Below are positions 25,941 through 38,299 of a DNA stretch of 64,000 bases, piece by piece. The notes under the pieces were generated by a model. It searched no databases and was not told the DNA's origin. It saw nothing but the letters and a program-made list of their open reading frames with translations. The stretch is from Octopus sinensis. Its lineage: Eukaryota. How positions within the stretch are numbered: position 1 is the first letter of the stretch; every line of letters begins with the position of its first letter. The translations under genes and the position numbers were made by a program. Location of the stretch: positions 11,036,001 to 11,100,000 of the forward strand of contig NC_043014.1 of the NCBI RefSeq assembly GCF_006345805.1, given 5' to 3'.

Positions 25941-26282
25941 AGTGTTAATTTGTTATTTCTTCTACTTTTTCCCCTTTTCTGAAGCCAATAATACATGATG
26001 AGTGTAAGGCCAGGGTGCTCTTTCTAGTAGGTCGTTCAATCAAATACTTGGAGGTTCCTTTGAAAACTCATCATCAAAGTCTGACAGATCTGTAATTTTA
26101 ATGAATTTTAATTACCTTTTTCTGATGATATCTGAAAAGAAACAGCAATATTAGCAAAACATATTAAGCAACAATAATAATAAATAAAACAACATAAAAA
26201 TAAACAAGCTTTTGACGGTTTTATAGATATTTCAAAATTATGATGCTATGAGGTTAGGTGTTTCCATTATTTTGTACAACCC

Positions 26283-26323
<41 letters not shown>

Positions 26324-26494
26324 GTTGATATATTATATATGTTGATATTCAAAGTGAATAAAAACTCCTATTATTTGTTATTTTCTCATCCAAACCAAAC
26401 TGTAATAAATAGGTAAATATATAAATGTATACTTTCATATAAAATCACATTATTTCACAAAACTGTATAAGATTACACTATGTAACACATTTAG

Positions 26495-26575
26495 ATAGAT
26501 GCAAATAGGCCAGACATTATATTGAAAGACTTCAGACAAAAGTCATGCCTCCTCATTGATATGACTATTCCATTT
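26495..26575 (+). mobile_element. RLE endonuclease fragment
   Basis: ANRPDIILKDFRQKSCLLIDMTIP. Confidence 0.65.
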
Positions 26576-27075
26576 GCTTCTATCTAGAAACCAAAGGAAA
26601 TGACTATTATCTCCTTTAATTTCTGCTTTTCTGACCTGAACATCAACGTTTTGAAACTGACCTATTTTCCATTACATTTCAGACACATTCAGCGCTGAGT
26701 TGCTGAAGCAGAAATATCATTATAGCAAAGTCTGCTTGATGCCACAGGTTTGCTTGTAAGTTGTTTGACCCTAACCACTTGAGCATGTCCCTTAGCGGCA
26801 GACAATATGTGCATCTCTGACTGAAACAAGTGAAAGAGAGTAAAGAGTATTAAGAAGGCAGCAAGCTGGCAGAATTGTTAGCATACTGGACAAAATGCTT
26901 AGTGGCATTTTGTCTGTCTTTATGTTCTGAGTTCAAGTCCTGCCAAGGTCAGTTTTGCATTTCATCCTTTTGAGGTCACCGAAATAACTACCAGCTGAGT
27001 ATTAGGGTTGATGTAATCGACTAGCACTAGCCCACGAAATTACAGGCTCTGTGCCTTGAGCAGAAAGGGTTATTG

Positions 27076-27131
<56 letters not shown>

Positions 27132-27394
27132 TTGTAAAGCAGAGAGCTGGCAGAATCATTAGCATGCTGGATGAAATGCTTAGCAGTATTGTGTCCGTCA
27201 AGGTCAACTTTGCTGTTCATCCCTTTGGAGTCAATAAATTAAGTACCAGTGAAACACTAGTTCCCTCCCCACAAATTTCAGGCCTTGTGCCTATAATAGA
27301 AAAGATTGTTAATATCATCATTATTATCATCACCATCAATTTTATTATTATTATAATTATTTATGGTTTCTTTTCATTATAACTTTATTTCAGC

Positions 27395-27625
27395 TGCCTT
27401 AGTACTGAGCATCTTCTGGAGGCCAAGAGTAGCAAGGGCACTTTGGTTTTGCTATGCATGCTAAAATTATCACCATATTTATTCCATTTTAGATGGAGAG
27501 AGCTTTCCATAGTATACGAACTGTACCCATCAAGGTTATTTTTTGTTGTTCACAGAAATTGGAGTTGCTTAATAAACTTCTCAGCTCCCTTCTTTATCAT
27601 TCCCAACTCACCAATTACTACTGGT
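27395..27625 (-). mobile_element. RLE-type LINE extreme 3' end
   Basis: VIGELGMIKKGAEKFIKQL..LMGTVRILWKALSI*. Confidence 0.7.
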
Positions 27626-27639
27626 TTAATATTTTTTTT

Positions 27640-27925
27640 TTATGCTTGACTTCTGTACAATTTGGCTCCAAGTCTCACCCAAAGACCTCAAGAGACAACA
27701 AGTTGGAAGTTCATGTTGGTGTTATGCCTAGGATGCCATATATTTGGTTTTGTACTTAGTGTTGTACTAGTGAATGTTTAAGAAACTACAAGAAAATTAT
27801 GTTAGTTTTAAAACTTGAGATTACATAGAAAGTATTTTGCGTAGGATATGGGCAGTTCCCATGAGTACTATCTTTTGAATTTCTTCTATTTTGGGGTTCC
27901 TGGTATCTGAGCTTGGTAGAAATCA
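27640..27925 (-). mobile_element. RLE-type LINE extreme 3' end with UTR and A-tail
   Basis: QIPGTPKIEEIQKIVLMGTAHILRKILSM* then UTR and poly(A). Confidence 0.75.
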
Positions 27926-28115
27926 TCCCCTTTTGCTATCATTATTATTATTGTTGTTGTTGTTGTTATTAAGGCAGCGAGCTGGCAGAATCATTAGCAC
28001 ACTGGGCAAATTGCTTAGCGGTTTTTCATCTGCTGCTATGTTCTGAGTTCAAATTCCACCGAGGTTGACTTTACCTTTCATCCCTTTGGGGGTCAATTAA
28101 ATAAGTACCAGTTAA

Positions 28116-28525
28116 TGGAGTGAAACTTTCTGAGAATGTGGGCGGTTGATGTCCACACAATTTTGTTGGTTTCCCCCAAAGATCTGATCAAAAAATTTGT
28201 CACTACCTTTCTTGATCATTATTCCTAGGGCATCTACAACAACAGGGATGGTTTTGGTTTTTAATTGCTATGTCCTAGACACCTCAATCTCAAGGTCCTT
28301 ATATTTCGATAGTTTTTTCAAGTTCCTTTGCTGAAATGTTTCTATCAGTAGGTACTGTCATATCAATTAACAAGTATGTTTGTTTTTGTTTTAAGTCTAT
28401 GATAATGATGTCTGGTGTGTTATCATTTATTTGTCTGTATATATGTATCCCATAGGCTGGTAACATTCTCTCGCTCAGTGATTGGCTCTAGATAATGTTC
28501 ATACCAGTTCTTAGGGTGCAGGACA
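28116..28525 (-). mobile_element. RLE-type (R4/Dong-like) LINE 3' fragment with PD-(D/E)xK endonuclease
   Basis: Conceptual translation NWYEH..LWDTYIQT..PDIIIIDLKQKQTYLLIDMTVPTDRNISAKELEK..KYKDLEIEVSR..KTIPVVVDALG..TAHILRK. Confidence 0.8.
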
Positions 28526-29399
28526 CCATAGTGACAGCTTGGAAATTTGATTTTACTGCAAAGTTAGAGAGAAAACTGTTCAGAAATAAGAAATTTAGGG
28601 AAAAATTTGTGTTTGATTTTGGCACAAGACCAGCAATTTTGAGGCTAGGAGTCAGGTCAATTACATCAATCTGAGTACTCGACTGGTTACTTTATTATGG
28701 GAGGATCATTATTTTTATTTTATATATGCGCAGGAGTGGCTGTGTGGTAAGTAGCTTGCTTACCAACCAAATGGTTCCGGGTTCAGTCCCACTGCGTGGC
28801 ATCATGGGCAAGTGTCTTCTGCTATAACCTCGGGCCGACCAATGCCTTGTGAGTGGAAACTGAAAGAAGCCCATCGTATATATGTATACGGAAAGCGTGT
28901 GTATAAAATTATAGAATTATTTTATTGGTAATTGTTTAAATCATTTTCCATTGCTTTCGGGGTTTTTTTACACGCGTAACAATCAAATTAATATAACAAT
29001 TAAGAAAAAAAATTAGGGTTAGGGGGGAGGTTTAGGGTTAGTTACAGGATGTTGTCTCAGTTTTAGATGCAGCAAATGATTTTAGCTCAAAAGAGAGCAT
29101 AGGATTGGTTAAAATTTGAAAAATTAAACTACGTTAAACAAACAAATTACAATTTTCTTAAGAAAGCCAAGAGAAAAAAATGTTTTATTTTGACACGTTC
29201 TACCAGTATACGAAGTTTTAAAGTGTTTAGTTAACTAGAATATTGGTTTCTACAACAACAAAATAAACCAAATAACAATTATAAGATATCATTTATCAGG
29301 GACAATATTCGTAAGTTATATAGCATGGGTATCTACCAATTCATTTCCATTGAAGTAATTACCACTTAATAAATAATGCTGTTTATTTCTTACGATTTA

Positions 29400-29740
29400 T
29401 CTCTCTATATATAAAGCTGAAGTTGTCTGTGTATGGCAGGTTTGGTAGCCTTCAACAAACACTATCTCCTCCGAGACCCTGTGGCGCAAGTTGACCAAAA
29501 TTGAGAGCATGATGTTAACACCAAAAATTATTTACATCAAAAAAGTGGGGGGGGGGGTCTACGAAAATTCCTATTTTTTATGATTTTTTGACTGCTGTGT
29601 CGCCATTTTTCGGTATATTTCAACCAGAAAAATGTTCACTTAAAGAGAATAACAAGCTACATAATGCAAAACTTTTACTTTTCAAAAATCCCAATTCTAA
29701 ATGATTGAAACAAACCCGAGCAACGCCGGTGCCGTCGTAG
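29400..29740 (+). mobile_element. Non-autonomous Helitron, internally deleted copy of the 54840-55626 family
   Basis: A|TCTCTCTATATATAAAGCTGAAGTTG ... CCCGAGCAACGCCGG..GTAG|T. Confidence 0.7.
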
Positions 29741-29762
29741 TTATGTCCCTTGGTTTTTCTTC

Positions 29763-30158
29763 CTCTTTTACTTGTTTCAGTTATTTGACTGCGGCCATGC
29801 TGGAGCACCGCCTTTAGTCGAGCAAATCGTCCCCAGGACTTATTCTTTGTAAGCCTAGTGCTTATTCTATCGGTTCTCTTTTGCCGAACCGCTAAGTTAT
29901 GGGGAGGTAAACACTCCAGCATCGGTTGTCAAGTGATGGAGCGGGGACAAACACAGACACACAAACACACACATATATATACATATACATATATACGACG
30001 GGCTTCTTTCAGTTTCCGTCTACCAAATCCACTCACAAGGCATTGGTCGGCCCGGGGCTATAGCAGAAGACACTTGCCCAAGATGCCACGCAGTGGGACT
30101 GAACCCGGAATGATGTGGCTGGTAAGCAAGCTACTTACCACACAGCCACTCCTGCGCC
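29763..30158 (-). mobile_element. CORE-like SINE
   Basis: Full-length match. Confidence 0.8.
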
Positions 30159-30194
30159 TCGTTAACATTTATTTTCCAATTCTGTAGAGATATA

Positions 30195-30625
30195 GGATCT
30201 TTTCGGTTTGAACGGCAGTTTTTTCTAGCGGTGTCATATGAAATTGTCACCCATAATTATGACCCTAGTATCGATCTATTGCATTTCAATCTGTTTTAAG
30301 GTTAGGGTTAGTTAGGGTATTATTAGGGGTGGGGGGAAGGGTATCTTTTTTCGTCACAAATGTAAATAAACCCAATTTGTTTCTTAAATGAGGGACTTAT
30401 TCATACGGCACAAAAATTTTTTTCACCTCAATGGACGTCATTGATTGGTTGAAATTGCAGAAATTGAAGAAAGAAACAACAAATATCTTACAAACTATAG
30501 AATTTTCTCAATAAAGCCAAGAGAAAAAGATGTTTTATAAACACATTCTACCAGTATACGAAGTTTAAAATCTTTTAGTTACCTAGAAATTAGGTTAAAG
30601 ACTGCCGTTCAAACCGAAAAGATCC
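30195..30625. mobile_element. MITE with GGATCTTTTCGGTTTGAACGGCAG TIRs and 8-bp TSD
   Basis: Perfect TSD GAGATATA (30187-30194 and 30626-30633); internal GGGTTAGGGTTA telomere-like repeats. Confidence 0.85.
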
Positions 30626-30911
30626 GAGATATATTTTGTAAAATAAGCACAGACTGAACATGACGAGCATTATATCGTTAATTAAACGAGACTATAACAG
30701 TTTTAAGTTAAGGCCAGCCTTGCCGAACACTGTTTAACTCAAATCATTTGGAAGGGGAACAACTTACAATATAAAATTTGAATTATTTGATTTAATTCCC
30801 AGTTAATTAATATTGGTTTCGGTTTTTGGTCCAGGGCAAGCCAGTTCAAGATAGGAGAAAGGTCGATTACATCGACCCCAGTAATCAACTGGTATTTATT
30901 TTATCGACCCC

Positions 30912-31074
30912 TAATTGAGTGGCTGTGTGGTAAGTAGCTTGTTTACCAACCACATGGTTCCGGGTTCAGTCCCACTGCGTGCCACCTTAGGCAACTGTCT
31001 TCTACTATAGCCTCGGGCCGACCAAAGCCTTGTGAGTGGATTTGGTAGAGGGAAACTGAAAGAAGCCTGTCGTA

Positions 31075-31119
<45 letters not shown>

Positions 31120-31335
31120 TTGTGTGTTTGTGTTTGTGTGTCTGTGTTTGTCCCCCTAGCATTGCTTGACAACTGATGCTCGTGTGTTTACGTCCCCGTC
31201 ACTTAGTGGTTCGGCAAAAGAGAACCGATAGAATAAGTACTGGGCTTACAAAGAGCAAGTCCCGGGGTCGAGTTGCTCGATTAAAGGCGGTGCTCCAGCA
31301 TGGCCGCAGTCAAATGACTGAAACAAGTAAAAGAG
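30912..31335 (+). mobile_element. CORE-like SINE
   Basis: Near full-length match with (gagtaaa) tail. Confidence 0.8.
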
Positions 31336-32461
31336 TAAAAAAGAGTAAAGAGTAATTGATGAATATTTGAGTTGACCTCAGCGAAATTTGAACTCAGAAC
31401 TCGGAACGAACGGTTCTGCCAACACGCTGGTCATAGTTACAATGAAATAAGGCGATCACTTGGTTGAATCGTTAGCACGCCGGGCAAAAGCTGAGCAGCA
31501 TTTTGTCCATCTTTATGGGTCGATAAAATAAGTGCCAGTTGAGCACTGAGACCGATATAATTGACTTTAACCCCGTTCTCTAAATTGCTGGCCTTGTGCC
31601 AAAATATGAAATCAGTATTACAATGAGATATGCGGCGGGGTGGCAGAATCGTTAGTGCGCCGGGCTAAATACGCAGCGACATTTCACCCATCTTTATGTT
31701 CTGAGTTCAAGTTCTTATTTCTTTATTGCCCACATGGGGCTAAACATAGAGGGGACAAACTAGGACAGACAAAGGGATTAAGTAGATTATATCAACCCCA
31801 GTGCGCAACTGGTACTTAATTTATTGACCCCAAAAGGATGAAAGGCAAAGTCGATCTCAGCGGAATTTGAACTCAGAACATAATGGGATCGATAAATTAA
31901 GTACCATTTACGCATTGGGGTCGATCTAATCGACTTAATCCCTTTGTCTGTCCTTGTTTGTTCCCTCTATGTTTAGCCCCTTGTTGGCAATAAAGAAATA
32001 AGAAAGAAGGAAAGAAAGAAAGAGAAAAAGGGAGTGAGAGAGAGAGGGAGGAGGATGTATATAGAGAGGCATAGAAAGAGAAAGAGAGAGAGAGAGGAGG
32101 ATGAATATAGAGAGATAGAAAGAGAGAGAGGAGGGTGAATATAGAGAGATAGAAAGAGAGAGAGGAGGATGAATATAGAGAGATAGAAAGAGAGAGAGAG
32201 AGAGAGAGGAGGGTGAATATAGAGAGATAGAAAGAAAGAGAGAGAGGGAAAGACAGAGAGAGACAGAGAAAGAGAGAAATAGGGGAGGGAGGAAGAAAAC
32301 GAGAGAGAGAAGGGAGGTAGGAAAGAACGAAAGAAACATTAAAATGTCTGATGTCAAGTTAGTCAGCGTCGAATCACCGATACCAAACAGGCGGTGGTAG
32401 AGCGGCTGAGCGAAAACATCGTATAACTAATGTGTGACAATGTCCTATACATAGGAAACAA

Positions 32462-32850
32462 CATCATCATCATCATTGTTCGCCCGTGGTCGAGACAATG
32501 GAATTAACTATGCCACGCCAGACTTCACGGTCCATCATAGCATTACAGAGGTCCTGTTGCTGGATGCCTGTATCCCTGGAGATTACATCAGGGTAGGAGA
32601 GTGTGCGCCCTCTGGTATCGTGAGTTGATGGCTTCCAGAGGAGAAGAGTAGAAATTGCCTCGTTTCCAGCTCTACAACAATGTCCAGCAAACCGAACTCT
32701 CCTACCTTTCACAAGAGATGATACAGGTGGTAGTTTCCCATATATTTGTACTTTGGTTGGATGACGCTTCCACGAGAAATTTTGAGCTCTCATAAGGAGG
32801 CGGGTGTAAATTCCATCCAACCGCCTCTCAAGCGGTTGGTAGGCTATTTG
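32462..32850 (-). mobile_element. RTE-clade LINE 3' end with (TGA)n tail
   Basis: LERRLDGIYTRLLMRAQNFSWKRHPTK..RRVRFAGHC..DREVWRGIV, followed by tgatgatgatg. Confidence 0.75.
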
Positions 32851-33184
32851 GACACCGCTGTACCATGCTAACCCTTGCATGTTGCTATAGACTCTCATAA
32901 GGTTATTGCCATTTCCCATTCACCTGTAATTTCTACAAACGTCATTCATATGGTTGTATTAAACCGCATTATCTCAAATGAGCGGATGATAAGTTACATT
33001 ATTTTCCAGCTAGAGCACACAACGGACGAATACCCAGGATAATTTCACTTGTATTCATAAACAGTAAAATGGAACTGCTAGCTTTGGTGGGGCTCACAAG
33101 CCATTCCATTCTTTCATTGTAAATATTTCATTTCATAATTATCTTTCGTTATAGGTATCCCATATTTTGCGTTGTTTGTCCATG

Positions 33185-33632
33185 GGATCTTTTCGGTTTG
33201 AACGGCAGTTTTTAAAAATAATTTCCACGAAACTAAACACTTTTAAACTTCGTATACTGGTAGAATGTGTTTATAAAACATCTTTTTCTCTTGGCTTTAT
33301 TGAGAAAATTCTATAGTTTGTAAGATATTTGTTGTTTTTTTTCTCTTCAATTTCTGCAATTTCAACCAATCAATGACGTCCATTGAGGTGAAAAAAACAT
33401 TCTGTGCCATATGAATATGTCCCTCGTTTAAGAAACAGATTGGGTTTATTTACATTTGTGAAGAAAAAAGATACCCTTCCCCCTACCCCTAACACTAACC
33501 CTAACTAACCCTAACCCTAAAACTGATTGAAATGCAATAGATCGATACTAGGGTCATAATTATGAGTGACAATTTCATATGACACCGCTACAAATTATTT
33601 TTAAAAACTGCCGGTCAAACCGAAAAGATCCC
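33185..33632. mobile_element. Same MITE family, opposite orientation
   Basis: Same TIR; flanks TGTCCATG / TGTCCTTG (7/8). Confidence 0.8.
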
Positions 33633-34239
33633 TGTCCTTGTTATGTCCCCTCTCTATTCAGGCTATATGCCTATAATAAAGATTTCTACATTATTCTCCA
33701 GCTTAAAAATGGTGACCTCACATAACCTGGAAATTATTGTCCAGGCAGTTTCACTAGTTGTGTTATCAAACTGATGGAGTCCAGTGTCAGAGAGACCCTC
33801 TGCAACTTCTGAGATTCTCATAATATTATTTGACCCTTACAATTTTGGATTTATCTGAAATGCTAGTTGTGTCGAATTTCCTGAAGTCATCACATGAATT
33901 ACAGAGAGAAAGAATTTTAAAAAAAAGGTTATAAATAATGAGATGAAGAGGAAGATGGAGTGAGAAAGAGAGAGAGAAAGAGAGAATAAGAAAGATATCA
34001 AGTATGAGTGAAAGAAAGGGAGAGAGAGAGAGAGAGAGAGATGGGGGAGGGGAGGGAGAGGGGGAAAGTATAAGAAAATTAATGATGAAAGAAAAGGATA
34101 GATAGGTAGATAGATAGATAGATTGATAGATAGAGAGAGAGAGAGAGAGAGATGGATAGATAGATAGATAGAGAGAGAGAGATGGATAGATAGAGAGATA
34201 GATAGATAGATAGATAGATAGAGAGGGAGAGAGAGATGG

Positions 34240-34270
<31 letters not shown>

Positions 34271-34377
34271 TGGATAGATAGAGAGATAGATAGATAGATA
34301 GATAGATAGAGAGGGAGAGAGAGATGGATAGATAGATAGATAGATAGATAGATAGACAGACAGCCAGAGAGGGATGG

Positions 34378-34411
<34 letters not shown>

Positions 34412-36090
34412 ATAGTTAGATATAGAGAGAAAGAGGGAGAAGAGAAAGATACAAAGCGTTAGAGAAATAATAAATTTTACACACACACTCACACACACGC
34501 ACACACACACACGGCAATCATTTCCCATACGTGCACAGAATTTCTTAATAACTAAAACAATTTGTAAACTTGGCAAGGAATACAATTAAATTTACGTCAC
34601 CCAAGCATTCTGGCCGTGACTAACACCCACCCCGCCTCGTCTTTTTTACAAACACAGTACACTTAGTATTGTACTATGTAACGTATTACTCTTTTACGAT
34701 TATACAGTATTGTTTAAGGAAGATTTAGCTGCTATTTCTAAGTAGAACGGTCCTACAGAAGCCTCACTCTATAAAGGAGTTGTGTCTCTTTGAACGTAAA
34801 TTTGGTCAGGCGGCAAGATGTTCAAAGGGAAGTAACTCTTGAAAACAGTCAAATTCGACGTAGCGTTTATACATCTTTTCTTTTACACTTTCGTCATTAA
34901 ATTAAAGTTAAAATTTAAAAAATTATTTAAATTTATAAATTTTAAAAATATATATATATTTTTTTTTATTATTATTATTATTATTATTTTTTTTTTTTTT
35001 TTTATTAAAAAAATTTTTTTTTTTGTAAATTATATAACTATCAAAAAGTATTAAAAGTTTAATATAAGATAAAGAGTAAAAACACTACGATCGTTTCATG
35101 CCCGTAACCAATTCGAATAACAATAATAATTCTAATTATGGTTACAGTCAATCTTCAGGTTAATTGTAATATTTTAATAAGTAATCAGAAATATTTAAAC
35201 AATATTTTTAAGAAATAAATAATATAATTTTACTTATAAAAAACTCTATTATCAAACTAGAAACTTAACGATTATGATTATATCAAAACATCAATTATAA
35301 TGTTAAATATTAATTTTAATTTTTAAATATTAAATTTTAAGGTAAGAAACCCACCAATAATCTAATATCAGTAATAGTCAATATCTAATTACATAAATAT
35401 TTTACAAAAAAAATATTATATTATTAAAAATATAAAATTTAAATAATATATAAATTATCAATGAAAATATATATATGTATATAAATATTATAATTAAGAT
35501 CTAAAATAATCTCTATAAATAAATATATATGCACATATAATAAAGACCTAATAAATTAATTTTTCATATTTAAAGATGAAATAGCTAATTACAAAAATAC
35601 AAACAAACAATCTTAAACGAACGCAATAGCAAATTAACTATCTTTATATCTCGTTGGCTAAATAATAACTTACAGAAATCTTATATTTAAAATACGTAAA
35701 GAAATAATCAATTCGTAGTTATATAGTATCAAATAAATACTATAAATATATTTATCAATGGGAATAATAAATCTAGCAAATATCAATTTAAAAAGACAAT
35801 AGATAAGTTAAAATAATAATTATAAGAAATTTAAAACTACAATTAATGCTATTAATACATGTATATACATAAACCTAACTTTAACAACTCGTATACTTGC
35901 TATCAAACAACATATCTATCGCTAAGTAAATTCTTACGAATAAACTTAAATAATTATATAGAAAATTATGATAATTAGATCATTACATAAACAACGATAT
36001 TTACATAAAAAACAATATTATAACACCATAAGACTTATAAAATATTAAAATTTAAAGATCTTAAATATAAATATATACTTAGCTTATATA

Positions 36091-36615
36091 TTACATGGGA
36101 AAATGCGGGCATGAAAAGTAATATTCTTATGATTATAAACCTGGAAAAGTCCAGGACAAGTTATTACACCTGGAAAAGTATAGGACATGCTATTACTTCA
36201 AGTAAAGTAAAGAATAAGAAATTTTTTACTTAAAATATTGCAGCAAAGAATGCCAGTTCTTCTAATTTATCAATCTTTACAGTTCTCATTTAAAAAATTT
36301 TTTGTACAAAGCTGTTCAGCTAATTTGTAAGTTTGTCTAATCAGTCACTTTTTTTTTTATATATATTTAAGGTAGTAAATTAGCCAAATTCTACTTAAAT
36401 AAGTATACTGTTATTTGTAAACTATAATAAAATAAATTTTAATATTCAAATCTTAATTTTAGCTGCAATATTTTAAGTAAAAAGTTTCTTATTCTTTACT
36501 TTACTAGAAGTAACAGCTTGTCCTATACTTTTCCAGGTGTAATAACTTGTCCTGGACTTTTCCAGGTTTATAATCTTAAGAATATTACTTTTCATGCTCG
36601 TATTTTTCCATGTAA
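36091..36615. mobile_element. Foldback/MITE-like element with ~154-bp inverted arms
   Basis: 36091-36244 is the near-perfect reverse complement of 36462-36615. Confidence 0.7.
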
Positions 36616-36884
36616 TCCATGATTTTTCCAGGCATTGCTGTTATAAGATAATTAATAATGTGTCAATTAATAATTTAAGATTTTAACTTATAAAATATTG
36701 AAATATTTCAATTTTTCCATGTAAGTGATAACAATATTTTTTCATGTTTAATTCAAATATATGTTGTGATTGAATTATTTGATATTACCCATACACACCA
36801 AATCAATGGTAGTAAATTTTACCATCTTGTTGGTTGCACCATGGCTCACCAAAAGTTACAATCAACAAGACCCCAAAACCATCA

Positions 36885-36915
36885 GTTTTGGTAGACAGAA
36901 ACTGAAAGAAGCTCG

Positions 36916-36951
<36 letters not shown>

Positions 36952-37445
36952 AGAATTCACGTAAAAAACAAAAGTCGAAGACAGGTGGTGTATACAACAA
37001 ACAGATGTATTAGTATAACGCTCAGGAAGTGAAAAAGTCTTTAACTTTTCGAGCCTACGCTCTTCCACAGAAAGAAACACAGAAGGAAACAAGGAGAGAA
37101 AGTAAAGAATGTGTAGTGGCTAGTGATCTATCATAGCGAATGCCGGACAGAGGGGTCACACAGGAGAGCTAAAAAGTAGGGGAGATGAAAAAAGTAGTAG
37201 TGAAATATATATGTATGTATGTGTGTATATGCTTATGTTTCTGTGTTTGCCCCCACCAACATCGCTTGACAACCAATGCTGATGTGTTTACGTCCCTGTA
37301 ACTTAGCAGTTCGGCAAAGGAGAGACCGATAGAATAAGTACTAGGCTTACAAAGAATAAATCCTGGGGTCGATGTGCTCGACTAAAGGCGGTGCTCCAGC
37401 ATGGCCACAGTCAAATGACTGAAACAAGTAAAAGGGTAAAAGTGA
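36885..37445 (+). mobile_element. CORE-like SINE (5' truncated) with a ~260-bp insert in its central (TA)n
   Basis: SINE body resumes at about 37206 after the foreign segment 36947-37205. Confidence 0.75.
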
Positions 37446-37630
37446 AAGTGAGAGAGTCCAGAAAATTTTTGTTATGACCGACCTTGTGTCGTATTTAATA
37501 ATTTAGTTGTGACATTCTAGAAAAATCTATTTTAAGTTTGCTGTCACTGATAAATGAATTATTTGCTGAATCAAGGTTAATATGGAGTTAAATACCTTCT
37601 CTTTGCTATGAATATTTTACTGTCATACTG

Positions 37631-37920
37631 TATATGCAGTAATGTACAAATGTCTGGAGAGTGAACTGTGTATGAGTCAGATACATGCTTGCGTGTGTAT
37701 GGAGGAGAGAAAATCAGGTGTAGTGTTGGCGAATCTCAGGAAGCATGGAGGTTTTGAAGGATGCAGTGCTCCGACAACTAACAACTGATGCTGGCAGTTT
37801 GTTCCATGCTTCAGCAACTCTCGGTGGGAAAAAATGTTTCCTAAAGTCATGGGAGCTGTGCTGTTTTCTGACTTTGTAAACATGTTCACGGGTGTTAGAC
37901 AGATGGAGTTTGAAAAGGAT
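37631..37920 (-). mobile_element. CR1-type LINE 3' fragment
   Basis: ORF 37714-37968 with FFPPRVAEAWNKLPASVV. Confidence 0.75.
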
Positions 37921-38299
37921 GTATCTTCTTAATTTCCGCAATAAAATGTTTAAACATGATCGTAACACTCTGAAGATGGAAGTTGATTAAAGAATAAAAT
38001 TCAGTAGATTTTTTTTTTTTTTAAAGAACAGCAAAAGAGAATTCCACAAGGTTTAAAATCTGATAAATAAAGACTCAACAATTTGCTAAATTCTGTTGTG
38101 TCTGGGGAGAGTCATTTTCTTTTTGTGCCTTATTATTTAACACACTCACCGGTAAAATTTCCACTTATTTCTTATTTTTATTTTCCTAAAATGTTCGTTG
38201 CGTCTTGCAACCTTTTCAATAGTCTTGACTCTGTCCCTTATTTACACTGCGTTCCCTTTTGTTTGTTTTTGCGCATGTGTGTGGTTCAGTGTGTGTGTG

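Larger units (their letters stand above)
22748..26285 (+). mobile_element. Tc1-family DNA transposon (DD36E spacing), decayed, with nested insertions
   Basis: TA|CAGGGGTTGGACAAAATAATGG...CCATTATTTTGTACAACCCCTG|TA. ~200-bp TIRs (22748-22953, 26077-26285), the left one overlapping the ATG. Fragments MTELSDFQRGQIVG (22934) and DESSF..KHRGGSV..FQDDNAPIH..WPPQSQDLNIIEHLW (23360-23778). Confidence 0.9.

Noticed and set aside
33690-33900. Possible exon(s) with ttctccag acceptor or minus-strand gtaagg donor
   Set aside because: Frames close quickly or are very short; no recognisable peptide.
34870-36090. Mitochondrial rRNA or protein NUMT
   Set aside because: No conserved 12S/16S or cox/nad/cytb motif found by eye; kept only as an unexplained AT-rich segment.
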